Assembly (NCBI GenBank): GCA_965219535.1
Contig: CBDCNV010000002.1
Span: 480,001-512,000, forward strand
Reading direction: 5' to 3'
Length of the DNA stretch: 32,000 nt
Source of the DNA: Opitutales bacterium
GTDB taxonomy: Bacteria > Verrucomicrobiota > Verrucomicrobiia > Opitutales > PNEW01
Shown piece after piece: positions 7,490-16,865 of the stretch. The first letter of the stretch is position 1. The number at the start of each line of letters is the position of its first letter. Below the pieces are notes generated by a model. The model did not search any database. It was not told where the DNA came from and was given only the letters and a program-made list of their open reading frames with translations. Made by a program: the position numbers and the translations under genes.

Positions 7490-8244
7490 TTTCTGTAATC
7501 TTCGGCAGAATCCTGAGGGACGTATCCCAAGACTTCACGCGGGTGTTCTATATCTCTGATCCCCCACTTGTTATTCGATGAGGCGAAAAATATATCATAT
7601 TTCAAATCAGCGGGTGCGTCGATACAGCGATGAAGAAAATCTGCGGCGTCCCGGTGGCTGAGGAAAGCGGCGTATTCGTGTATATCAACAGGTCGGTTCT
7701 CTTCCCGCACCCGGCCTAAACGCACACAGAGAATGGAGATGTCATAAGCGTCGGCATAGTGACGAGCCAGCGCTTCACCCCATACTTTAGATGCACCGTA
7801 GAGTCCTCGCGCGCGAACCATATCGTGGGTCAGCATGGGCCACTTCTCAGGAACCTCATCATAGCGACCGGCAAATATAGCTTCATAGGGCGCTTCCGTG
7901 GTCCACCCTGCGCACGTGGCTACTGAACTGGCATAAACGATTCGTTTGACACCTGCCAACCTTGACGCTTCGAAAACATTATAAGTGCCCATAACATTGA
8001 TGCGCAGCATAGAATCCAAATCATCTTCCTCAATTTGTGCCGCGAGGTGGACAACTACATCCTGTCCGACAAAGGCAGGTTTAATCGCCTCCAGATCACC
8101 GAGGTCCGCTTGCGTAGTAGTCACACCCGCAACATCTCTACGATTTAAAGCGCTGAGTTCGTAGCTTCCTTTCTCTTCAAGGTGTTTACGTAATATCCCA
8201 CCAACCAACCCGCTCATCCCGGTTATCAAAATTTTTTTCATCAC
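7486..8244 (-). CDS. NAD-dependent epimerase/dehydratase-fold SDR, uronate dehydrogenase-like
   Basis: KILITGMSGLVGG glycine-rich loop and LYGASKVWGEALARHYADAYDISILCVRLG (YxxxK). The C-terminal pattern FLSHRDAADFLHRCIDAP...FFASSNN...LGYVPQDSAEDY resembles my recollection of Agrobacterium uronate dehydrogenase. Its stop overlaps the DapA-like start (TCAT at 7486-7489). Confidence 0.75.
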   Translation of the reverse strand: MMKKILITGMSGLVGGILRKHLEEKGSYELSALNRRDVAGVTTTQADLGDLEAIKPAFVGQDVVVHLAAQIEEDDLDSMLRINVMGTYNVFEASRLAGVKRIVYASSVATCAGWTTEAPYEAIFAGRYDEVPEKWPMLTHDMVRARGLYGASKVWGEALARHYADAYDISILCVRLGRVREENRPVDIHEYAAFLSHRDAADFLHRCIDAPADLKYDIFFASSNNKWGIRDIEHPREVLGYVPQDSAEDYRK

Positions 8245-8383
8245 CTTAGTATTAAGTCATCGATATATTCATGAAAATAGCTACATATAGAAACAGTGAG
8301 AGCAAGATTATCCGGATATGTAATTATATAAAATCTTAATTCACATTCACTGTTCACTATTCGGTGCCTAAAGGCATGTTTAC

Positions 8384-10435
8384 TTACACCGATGTCTCTA
8401 CAATGATTATAAAAATCGTGGTGCCCTCGCCGTTTACAAATTTGGCATCGATGCTTCGCGACGGTTGATCTGTATTATCTGACTTAATATTATTTTGTGA
8501 AATCAAAGTAGAAAAACCTGCCTTCGTCGATTCACTTGGTGCTATAATAATTGAAGAACCATTACTCTGCGAAAGATCACCACCCGTAACTCTTAATCCA
8601 GGATTGGGCGCATTAACCTTAAACGATCCAGTTCCAAATTGCAGGTAGGGAACAGCGTCGTCACGAGCGTCAATATCACCAATTAAAACACGTACCGCTA
8701 CCGGTACTTCACGTGCGTCAACGCCGACTTTTCCTGTGATACCGGAAAACCTTGTGTTCGCGCACTGAACACCGCCAATCCCGGGTGAATTTATAATTTC
8801 AATCAGCGAGACGTCTGCCATGGCATCGTAAATTACACCGTCGAGAAGCAGATTTGAATTTTCTGCATTGGTCGACCCTACAGTGAAAATACTGATAAAA
8901 GTAGTATCATCTGCTTCATCGATTGTCACCCGGGCCCGGCCTTTGACATAATTTATGGTGGGCTGGTTATAATTAATGGGTGGAGCAGGTAGTTCGAAAG
9001 TCATAGGATCCAGGTTAAGGGTCATAATCCCCTTACCGGTAAATTCTACCTGAACAATATCATCATTTTCATCAATATAAGAAACACGCGTGACACGTCC
9101 TTTCCTGCTTTGAACTTTTACCCTATCGCCCGTAAGCAACACCTGATCGTAGACGATTCCACTTGGATGTAAGATATTTTCTCCTACAATCTCACCCGAT
9201 CCCTCTAACACGAGATCATCTGTAAGCGATCCGACAGTGAGTGAATTTTGAGCTGACGAAATGGGTGTAAATCCAAAATCATCGAGGGTAATGGCATGAA
9301 ATGTTGTAGCGATGGAGAGGGTCGGGCTATTGCTATAGGTGATTTTGCCAATACCACCGGGAGCGCCCAATTCCTCAGCATTGAAGTCGAAATAAGTAAA
9401 TGGAATATTCGATAATATAGCGATACTGCGCGCGATATCCTTTCTCGAAGTGAGGAGATTATCGATGGTGTCATAAACTTTAATCTCCCCATCACCCAAT
9501 AAATAAAGTGCGGCATAGAACTGGACTTGTGTTGCTGGGGTTTCAAAGGTAATCGTCCCCGTGCTATTATTATGTATTAACCAGGCAGCTTGAGCTAAAC
9601 TCCCATTACTTATAGGGTGAGAGTGATTATATGAGACGAGATGAAACGAAGGTCTACCGATAATGCCATCTGCGAGCCCACCGGTAAAAGTAGCGGTAAC
9701 GGGTGATTGGCCGATAGTGAAATTATTCTGATCTGCAAATACAGGATTATTCACTAATTTTTCAAAATCTTCAAAAACAACATTATTCGGTGGCCCTTCG
9801 GTCAGAGTATACCCCAAATCGTCGAGAACAAAGAGACCCCGTACATTCGAAATTTTAATTTCTCTAATACCACTTGTGTAATTGAGATCTTCAAGGTCTT
9901 CAAAATCACCACTGTAAGCGACAAAGGTTTGTAGAGATGGGACTGCTTGTGAATTAATATTTTTCGGCAAGCCTTCGACGAAGCCATTCGGATGGATGTA
10001 GAAATCATTTCTATCCCTGAGTTCGATGCGCCCGGCACTCATAGTTTCAGCAGCATAGAATTGCAGAAGATTAACGCCTCGATCGAATAAAATTTTTCCT
10101 TCTTCACCGGCTTCTAGAACCAAAGCTCTGAATCCTGAATGAGCGAGATTAGGATTATCCACCGACTGCACTTTGAACCCAATAAAGCGAATCCCGTTTG
10201 TCAGTTCACCGAGGGAAAAATCCTCTGCTCCAAAGACTTCTTCAAAGTCGATGAATACATCGAGGTCCCTGGGTTCGGCAACAAGCCTGGCGGTAGATCC
10301 TAAACATATTAAAAGAGAAAGGAAGAATTGAATGCATATGATTTTCAATTGAGAAAAAATAAAGTATTCAAACTCAGTTCCGCTCATTTTGACGGAAAAA
10401 ATCCGGACTATGCACACAAGTTGTGCTGATCTCAT
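8384..10435 (-). CDS. Secreted multidomain protein of unknown function (paralog 2, lacks the Ig-like domain)
   Basis: 683-aa ORF collinear with the 3392-5629 product. Shared blocks include AHSG, GKILFxRGV, LQFYAA, GRIELRD, GPPNNxVFEDF, SPVTATFTGG, AEELGAPGGIG, DDxGFTPI, IVQVEFxGxG and PGLRxTGGDL. It has a hydrophobic leader IICIQFFLSLLICLGS. The true start may be the ATG at 10387. Confidence 0.8.
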   Translation of the reverse strand: MRSAQLVCIVRIFSVKMSGTEFEYFIFSQLKIICIQFFLSLLICLGSTARLVAEPRDLDVFIDFEEVFGAEDFSLGELTNGIRFIGFKVQSVDNPNLAHSGFRALVLEAGEEGKILFDRGVNLLQFYAAETMSAGRIELRDRNDFYIHPNGFVEGLPKNINSQAVPSLQTFVAYSGDFEDLEDLNYTSGIREIKISNVRGLFVLDDLGYTLTEGPPNNVVFEDFEKLVNNPVFADQNNFTIGQSPVTATFTGGLADGIIGRPSFHLVSYNHSHPISNGSLAQAAWLIHNNSTGTITFETPATQVQFYAALYLLGDGEIKVYDTIDNLLTSRKDIARSIAILSNIPFTYFDFNAEELGAPGGIGKITYSNSPTLSIATTFHAITLDDFGFTPISSAQNSLTVGSLTDDLVLEGSGEIVGENILHPSGIVYDQVLLTGDRVKVQSRKGRVTRVSYIDENDDIVQVEFTGKGIMTLNLDPMTFELPAPPINYNQPTINYVKGRARVTIDEADDTTFISIFTVGSTNAENSNLLLDGVIYDAMADVSLIEIINSPGIGGVQCANTRFSGITGKVGVDAREVPVAVRVLIGDIDARDDAVPYLQFGTGSFKVNAPNPGLRVTGGDLSQSNGSSIIIAPSESTKAGFSTLISQNNIKSDNTDQPSRSIDAKFVNGEGTTIFIIIVETSV

Positions 10436-10633
10436 GGAATTAAGGATAGTTACATTTTATCCCGGATAAAGAAAAAGGAGAGAATAGTATGGGTATTTTA
10501 CCCAATAATCACTTCAGGATGTAATCAGGAATGGGGGAAGATTCCCAAAATTTCAGAAGTTTATCCTGTCTGATAAAACGATTAGATTTATATTTAACTT
10601 AAGATTAACAGCCTACGAACAATCGTAGATAGT

Positions 10634-10649
10634 TGGCACGGAGCATGCA
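10634..10649 (+). promoter_or_regulatory. Candidate sigma-54 (-24/-12) promoter for the cyclase gene
   Basis: TGGCACGGAGCATGCA matches the consensus TGGCACG-N4-TTGCW, with GG and GC at the correct 12-nt register. It lies 35 nt upstream of the ATG at 10684. Confidence 0.4.
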
Positions 10650-10683
10650 TGAAAATAGATGTTAATTTAATAAGCCAACCGTA

Positions 10684-11616
10684 ATGAACAGTCTTTTATT
10701 AAGCGAAAGTTTACTTTCTGTTTTCCCGTCTTTAAAACGTGAATCGAATGGACTCTTTTCTGATAAAAAGAAGAAGGACAATGTCCGCGATACCGAGATT
10801 TTCGAATGTTATAAAAAGGATTATATATATGCGGATGAGCTTAAGCAGATAATTGATAGTGTCTGGAAACTAAATGATCTGGCATTTAAGAATCATGAAC
10901 TGTCGGAACAACTGTCCGAGAACAAATCCGCTCAAGATAATATTCTAAAATTATTCAAACGCTATGTTCCGGAACAGGTATTATCCGAAGCTTTGGAAGC
11001 TGAGGATATTGATCTTATGCCCCCTGGAGAAGCGAGGTACGCGTCCATTTTATTTTCTGACATCCGAAATTTTACGCGGATATCAGGGAAGATGAAACCG
11101 CATCACGTGGTGAGTTTTTTGAACGATTATTGGAAAATTATGCTCGCCTGTGTCTTAAAAAATAATGGATCGGTGAATAAATTTATGGGAGACGGATTAC
11201 TCGCCATTTTTGGCGCCCCGGTCTCTTACCCCGACAATCACGAAAATGCGGTTTATGCGGCTCTCGACATGGTGAAAACACTCGATAAGATTAATGAAAA
11301 ATACGCGGATATTCTTGGCTGTGAGATACAGATAGGAGTGGGTATTAATACCGGTGAAGTTGTGGTGGGAAATATTGGAACTGACGACTATTTGGAATAT
11401 TCGGTAATTGGTGATACGGTAAATGTTGCCTCTCGACTGGAATCGTTGAGCAAACCAATACCGAACTCCATTATTATCAGTGAGACGACTTATCACCATG
11501 TGAATGACCTTGTTTGCACCTCAGAACTCAAGGAAGCGCTTGTCGCGGGAAAGGATGATCCCATCTGCTACTGTGAAGTATTAGCTAAGAAAGCGATCAC
11601 AGCAGGCGCACCATAG
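10684..11616 (+). CDS. Class III adenylate/guanylate cyclase (CHD domain) with an N-terminal coiled-coil-like region
   Basis: ASILFSDIRNFTRISGKMKPHHVVSFLNDYW...GSVNKFMGDGLLAIFGAP...IGVGINTGEVVVGNIG...EYSVIGDTVNVASRLES is the canonical cyclase homology domain. Confidence 0.9.
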   Translation: MNSLLLSESLLSVFPSLKRESNGLFSDKKKKDNVRDTEIFECYKKDYIYADELKQIIDSVWKLNDLAFKNHELSEQLSENKSAQDNILKLFKRYVPEQVLSEALEAEDIDLMPPGEARYASILFSDIRNFTRISGKMKPHHVVSFLNDYWKIMLACVLKNNGSVNKFMGDGLLAIFGAPVSYPDNHENAVYAALDMVKTLDKINEKYADILGCEIQIGVGINTGEVVVGNIGTDDYLEYSVIGDTVNVASRLESLSKPIPNSIIISETTYHHVNDLVCTSELKEALVAGKDDPICYCEVLAKKAITAGAP

Positions 11617-11808
11617 CAGTAATTTTTTACTTTGTCGTTAAATCACGGTCGCTGATCGAAGTCCATAGTCTCACTTAAAAATTCTGATCGCAATTTTCTG
11701 TTTCGTCTTATGTCATAGCTTGCGAGAACAGTCAGATTTTTAACTAAATGGTTAGATTTTCTGTATGATTAAAGGGAGTGAAGTAAGTGTCCTTGGAGGT
11801 TTAAAAAA

Positions 11809-13710
11809 TTGAGTGACGATTATTTACGTATTCCGGAACAAACAACCTTGATTAATCACGATGGTGGCAGTTCCCGGTGCTACCATTATGCGGTCACTGA
11901 AGCGGTACGCCTTCTCAATCGCAGTGGGGTTACGGTTGAAAAAGTGAATAAGGAAACAAGTGACGCGTGTTTTTTTCTTCAACTATCTGTCTCTGGTAAT
12001 GCGTCAAAAATACCGGGGATGCACGATAAGGAGGCGAGTAAAGATGCCTATCGGATGACGGTGTCCGAGGAAGATCTTACGATAAGCTCACCCTCGGCAA
12101 AAGGGATTCTAAACGGGGTTTATGATCTGGCGGAACGTATAGGCTACCTATTCCTTTATCCCGGTCTAGACGGTGAATGGTCACCTGCTTTTGATCAGCT
12201 GGAGGCGCTTTTTATAGGGGATGAAATTGTCAGCCCCCGGTTCCCTTACCGCGGTGTATTTTGGGAGGGGAAAAATGCGGACGATTTTACAAATGATGAG
12301 TGGTTGCGTTTTTATGCAAAACTGCGTTTCAACGCGCTTCGACATGAGATCGACGACCTTCCATTAGCGGAAGAACTAGGATTGCGTTTGGAAGTAGGCG
12401 GTCACGATTTATCAAAACTGATTGCGCGGGAACACTTTCATGAGCACCCGGAGTGGTATCGTATGGTGCAGCCAATTGACTTTAAAGGACAACGCTCAAA
12501 CGATTTAAATTATTCCGTCACCAATGAGGAAGCGCGGTCAGAAGTAAAAAGAAATTTTCGCAAAGAACTGGATGCGCTCAATGGCGTTCACGCGGTCCAC
12601 AAATGGGCGGATGATTTACCCGGAGGGGGATGGTGTTATTCACCTACCAGTCGAGCGCTATCGCCGGCTGACCAATCGATGTTAGCTATGCGAAGCCTGG
12701 CCGAGGTTGTAGAAGAAGATAATTTACCGCTGCGCATCCCGGTGCTGGCCTATCATGACACCTTGTTTCCCGGCACCCAGATTGATGTTTCAAAAGAATG
12801 TTTCCTTCTTTTTGCTCCTCGAGAAAGATGTTACGGGCATGCGTTAAACGATCCATCCTGCAAGCGGAATCAGTTTTACTGCGAAGCGATAAAGGATTGG
12901 ATGAATAAATTTGAAGGGGTCGACGATGCACACACTTTTGAATATTACTTTGACCAGATACTCTTTCGAGGAATCTATCCCTTTCTTCCCTCTATAATTA
13001 TCGCGGACATGCACTTCTATGAAGAAAGAAAAATTGAATGTCATATGTCATTGCAGGTGGGAGGACCGGCGATCGCACCCGAGTACAATATGCTTCTCTT
13101 TGCGAAATCACACTGGGATGGAAATCTCACCACGGAATCGTATATTAAAAACTTGGCAAAGTGCATCGCGCCCGAACAAACCGAACCCTGGCTTAACTAC
13201 CTGACTAAGCGAGGACAGATCTATACACAGGCTTTGCTGACCTGCGAGCATGACTTCAAAATCTATTTTGATTACCGTTGGCTTCCTGAAACAACAACAA
13301 GTTTTGGAAAAGAAATAGCTCAAGCATATGAAGAGGCATCCAACGCGATGATCAATAATGCGAACTGTCTTGAAGAAGCCATTTCCTCTCAATGGCCGAC
13401 TCGGTTATGTGAGCTGGCGGAGAAAGAGATTAGACGTTCGCGGTTTGAAGCAGCAGAACTGCATGTCATGCATTTGCAACAATCTGCGATGAATAAACTC
13501 GGCTCCTTTCTCAATACGCGCGAAGCAGCACATGCCCGGGAGGGGGTGGATCTACTTAAGCAGACTATCGTCGCACAAAAATATGCTGTCGAGAGAGCAT
13601 TAGAGGCGAATCTTCCCAGGGATAGTTATTATTTTTCTTTGGTAGAAGGTATGCTTCGGTCTGAATTCGAAGAAAAAATTAAAATATACAGCGCAAATTT
13701 CGATGATTAA
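11809..13710 (+). CDS. DUF4838-like (glycoside-hydrolase-like) protein, cytoplasmic form
   Basis: 633-aa ORF with a TTG start preceded by GGAGG at 11793-11797. GILNGVYDLAERIGYLFLYPG and SPRFPYRGVFWE resemble DUF4838-family motifs as I recall them. No signal peptide. Confidence 0.55.
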   Translation: MSDDYLRIPEQTTLINHDGGSSRCYHYAVTEAVRLLNRSGVTVEKVNKETSDACFFLQLSVSGNASKIPGMHDKEASKDAYRMTVSEEDLTISSPSAKGILNGVYDLAERIGYLFLYPGLDGEWSPAFDQLEALFIGDEIVSPRFPYRGVFWEGKNADDFTNDEWLRFYAKLRFNALRHEIDDLPLAEELGLRLEVGGHDLSKLIAREHFHEHPEWYRMVQPIDFKGQRSNDLNYSVTNEEARSEVKRNFRKELDALNGVHAVHKWADDLPGGGWCYSPTSRALSPADQSMLAMRSLAEVVEEDNLPLRIPVLAYHDTLFPGTQIDVSKECFLLFAPRERCYGHALNDPSCKRNQFYCEAIKDWMNKFEGVDDAHTFEYYFDQILFRGIYPFLPSIIIADMHFYEERKIECHMSLQVGGPAIAPEYNMLLFAKSHWDGNLTTESYIKNLAKCIAPEQTEPWLNYLTKRGQIYTQALLTCEHDFKIYFDYRWLPETTTSFGKEIAQAYEEASNAMINNANCLEEAISSQWPTRLCELAEKEIRRSRFEAAELHVMHLQQSAMNKLGSFLNTREAAHAREGVDLLKQTIVAQKYAVERALEANLPRDSYYFSLVEGMLRSEFEEKIKIYSANFDD

Positions 13711-13845
13711 ATTAAAATTGAGGGGAGACAAAAGAGTGGTTAATAGCCGAATAATGTAGTCATGTCCGATGACAATAATTCATAAAATTACTTGCTTTAA
13801 ATTCCAGGTGGGGAACAATCTTTCTTCTTCAATAATTAATTCCAT

Positions 13846-13909
13846 GGACACACTCAAACGTCGTTCCGCAGTCGCGGGAAAGTCGCACACAGGCAATTGA
13901 GTGTCGTCC
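13846..13909 (+). promoter_or_regulatory. Long imperfect hairpin in the leader of the RidA-family gene
   Basis: GGACACACTCAA (13846-13857) pairs with TTGAGTGT(C)GTCC (13897-13909) around a 39-nt GC-rich interior. It ends 35 nt upstream of the ATG at 13944. Confidence 0.3.
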
Positions 13910-13943
13910 TTCTAATAATAAAACTTCAATCACTATTAAAGCT

Positions 13944-14408
13944 ATGAGCGCGGATACCCGAATTTCTGAACTTAACCTTGAACTCCCCCCAGCACCCAAA
14001 CCGGCGGGTGTTTACAAGCCACTGGTGATTGTAGGAAATATGGCTTATGCATCGGGACATGGTCCCGTGAAGATGGATGGATCGATGATCGCAGGCCGCG
14101 TGGGTGATGCTCTAGATCTAGACGCGGGGAAAATGGCAGCACGCCAGGTAGGACTTTCAATATTGGCAACCTTACGCGCAAACCTTGGAAGCCTGGATCG
14201 AGTTAAACGGTTGATTAAACTGCTCGGGATGGTCAACTGCACACCCGAATTTCAGGAACAACCGTCCGTTATAAATGGGTGCAGCGAATTATTCGCCGAA
14301 GTATTTGGAGAAGAGGCGGGAATTGGTGCCCGCAGCGCTGTGGGGATGGTCGTATTGCCGGGAAATATTCCCGTCGAGATCGAAGCTATTTTTGAAATCG
14401 AGGAGTGA
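13944..14408 (+). CDS. RidA/YjgF/TdcF-family protein (reactive intermediate deaminase family)
   Basis: 154 aa. LELPPAPKPAGVYKPLVIVGNMAYASGHGP...LDRVKRLIKLLGMVNCTPEF...ARSAVGMVVLPGNIPVEIEAIFEI is a typical family pattern. Confidence 0.85.
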   Translation: MSADTRISELNLELPPAPKPAGVYKPLVIVGNMAYASGHGPVKMDGSMIAGRVGDALDLDAGKMAARQVGLSILATLRANLGSLDRVKRLIKLLGMVNCTPEFQEQPSVINGCSELFAEVFGEEAGIGARSAVGMVVLPGNIPVEIEAIFEIEE

Positions 14409-14421
14409 GACTTTTCATCTC

Positions 14422-15396
14422 CTAATTACTTTCCACTTTTAAAGATCGCTTTCCAAAATATTTATTCCACCGGTTCAGGTTTTGGGATTCCTTTTGGATG
14501 AAATTTACATGCTCCTCAATTTTTTTTAAATAAGGATTGATACCGTCAGGATAAGGCTGAGCGAGATATTTATATAGGCCGTGACATTCTTTTTCCAGTT
14601 TTGGGATAACTAATTTTTCCCAAAATATCGGGGTGCCGCGAAAAAGTTCTTCGATGTTCTTAAATATGCGTTTCTCGGCAGGGATATTGCGATAGTTATC
14701 GGATTCTTCAAACTCTAGAAATAATGCAGGCAATTTATGCAAATATGCGGGATCACTCATTTGACCGATATAATCGGCGCTGCAAACGGATTCACCCATT
14801 ATGCGTTCAAGTTTGTTGTTAAAGGGAACGGCGTCGATAATGCTGCGAGGTCCGGTACAACTGATGAGATGTTGAACAGCAGAAATGTCCTGTTTACTCC
14901 ATCCTTTTTTATCCAGGTATAGATAGGCCAACTCGCAACTGCGTTTCTCATGAACAAAAGTGAATTTTGCACCCGTCCCTTCATGGTCGCCGTTTTCTTT
15001 TAGGAACCCGATATCGTGAAGGATCACTCCATGTAGTCCTATGATAAAATCATTGTCTGTCATTACAGGGTCGATCTGGAGTTGATTCCTATTTGCAACC
15101 ATCCGTACCCAACAAAGGGTTACTTGTAAGGTATGTTCCAGGTCATGGTAAACGGTGTCCATTGCCTGATAATTCCAGAAAGTACCCTTAAACATTGCGG
15201 TTACGTCTTCAAACAATTGGGAGATCATGGACGCATCGACCTTGGGAAAAACTTCAGCCTGTATTTCTAAAACCGCTTTAGCCACTTCGCGTGAGTCGGT
15301 GGTTTTAAGATTTTCCAACAGGTAGTTTTTAATCATGAAACGGTGTAGTTTATATAAAATCCACATGAATTTATTATGAGACTCTCGCTTAGTCAA
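14422..15396 (-). CDS. HD-domain metal-dependent phosphohydrolase
   Basis: YHDLEHTLQVT and GVILHDIGF form the H...HD...D signature. The start is ambiguous: TTG at 15396, ATG at 15366 or ATG at 15336. Confidence 0.8.
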   Translation of the reverse strand: MTKRESHNKFMWILYKLHRFMIKNYLLENLKTTDSREVAKAVLEIQAEVFPKVDASMISQLFEDVTAMFKGTFWNYQAMDTVYHDLEHTLQVTLCWVRMVANRNQLQIDPVMTDNDFIIGLHGVILHDIGFLKENGDHEGTGAKFTFVHEKRSCELAYLYLDKKGWSKQDISAVQHLISCTGPRSIIDAVPFNNKLERIMGESVCSADYIGQMSDPAYLHKLPALFLEFEESDNYRNIPAEKRIFKNIEELFRGTPIFWEKLVIPKLEKECHGLYKYLAQPYPDGINPYLKKIEEHVNFIQKESQNLNRWNKYFGKRSLKVESN

Positions 15397-15575
15397 GTAG
15401 AGGAACTATTTGAATGAAAAATTTCACTTCCAGTCAAAATTGTGGACCCCTATTCAAATGACTTGTAATAGGGGGTATCATTTTATGCAAAAGCATTTGA
15501 TAATCAGCTTTTAAGCCGTTAGAGTGAACGTATAATTTATGATTATTCATGCAAATTTATGTAAAAATTTGATTG

Positions 15576-16835
15576 ATGACAACGAGCGCGAATAACTCGA
15601 TTGTCGCAACCGAGTTTACGGTTAACGATCGCAGCTATAAGTTAAAGAATACACCAATCGTTGTTCTTTGCCTCGACGGCTGCTCCAATGAATACCTCGA
15701 TGCCAGTCTGGCAAAAAAATGTATTCCGAACATTGCGAAGATGCTGCGCCACGGTTATCGAGGAACGGCGCGAGGTGCTCTCCCTTCTTTCACTAACGTT
15801 AATAACGCATCGATTGTCACGGGATTACCACCCTCGGGACACGGCATCAGCGGCAACTTCTTTCTCGATCCTAATACAGGGAAGGAGGTAATGATGAATT
15901 CGGCAGATTACCTGCGTGCCTCAACCATACTGGCTTCGGCAGCGAAGGCTGGTAGAAAAGTCGCGATGGTGACGGCAAAAGAGAAACTGCGCGACATGCT
16001 CTCACATGAATTAAATGGAATCAGAATTTCTGCGGAAAAAGCGAACGCGGCGCGACTCAGTACGCATGGTATCGAGAAGGTTGAGCAGTTCGTCGGCTAT
16101 CCTACACCTGAGATCTATAGTGCTGAGGCATCATTATTTGTACTTCGCGCCGGGGCATCCTTACTGGAGCAAAATCGAACTGATTTTGTTTACCTTTCAA
16201 CGACGGATTATATTCAACACCTGTATTCTCCTGATACATCTGAGGCTCTTGATTTTTATGCTCAAATGGATTATGAGATTGGGCGGATAATGAAAACTGG
16301 TGCGATTATCGGGGTCACCGCGGACCATGGGATGAATGCAAAACATAAAGCGGATGGGTCACCCAATGTTGTCTACCTGGAAAGTCTTCTGCAAGAAGAG
16401 TTCGGTGAAAGGGTGCGCGTAATTTGTCCAATCACAGATCCCTATGTTAAACATCACGGAGCTCTTGGCTCGCTAGTCATAATTCACTTAAGTGATCATA
16501 GTCTTGAAGAGCGGGTTGAGAAACGGCTAAAGCAGATTGCGGCCGTAACGGAAGTCTACGATCATAATACGGCGGTAGATAAACTTGAACTACCTGATGA
16601 TCGCACGGGTGAATTCGTGGTGATGTCCAGCCGCGACACTGTTCTTGGGCGAACCCCTAAATATCATGATCTTTCTGCCTTGGATAGACCGCTCCGTTCA
16701 CACGGGGGAAGATACGAAGAGGGGGTACCGCTAATTATTTCCGAACCACTTACACCCGAATTTACGATCCGATCTGATAATGATCCGCGAAACTTTGATG
16801 TTTTCGATTTTACCATAAATGGGACGGAACAATGA
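15576..16835 (+). CDS. phnA: Phosphonoacetate hydrolase-like enzyme (alkaline phosphatase / NPP superfamily)
   Basis: VVLCLDGCSNEYLD, ALPSFTNVNNASIVTGLPPSGHGISGNFFLDPNTGKEVMMN, TADHGMN and RSHGG match the Thr nucleophile and metal-ligand blocks of Pseudomonas fluorescens PhnA as I recall them. The ATG at 15576 is preferred over the TTG at 15573. Confidence 0.75.
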   Translation: MTTSANNSIVATEFTVNDRSYKLKNTPIVVLCLDGCSNEYLDASLAKKCIPNIAKMLRHGYRGTARGALPSFTNVNNASIVTGLPPSGHGISGNFFLDPNTGKEVMMNSADYLRASTILASAAKAGRKVAMVTAKEKLRDMLSHELNGIRISAEKANAARLSTHGIEKVEQFVGYPTPEIYSAEASLFVLRAGASLLEQNRTDFVYLSTTDYIQHLYSPDTSEALDFYAQMDYEIGRIMKTGAIIGVTADHGMNAKHKADGSPNVVYLESLLQEEFGERVRVICPITDPYVKHHGALGSLVIIHLSDHSLEERVEKRLKQIAAVTEVYDHNTAVDKLELPDDRTGEFVVMSSRDTVLGRTPKYHDLSALDRPLRSHGGRYEEGVPLIISEPLTPEFTIRSDNDPRNFDVFDFTINGTEQ

Positions 16836-16865
16836 GTGCTGAATACTGGGGTAGAGGAAAAACGA

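Noticed and set aside
11617-11650. Possible terminator AGTAATTTTTTACT after the cyclase gene
   Set aside because: The stem is only 4-5 bp of A/T pairs, too weak to call an intrinsic terminator.
16836-16865. GTG start of the Zn-ADH directly abutting the phnA-like stop
   Set aside because: The ATG at 16866 is preceded by GAGGAAA at suitable spacing, and the family alignment begins there. The upstream 10 codons add nothing recognisable.
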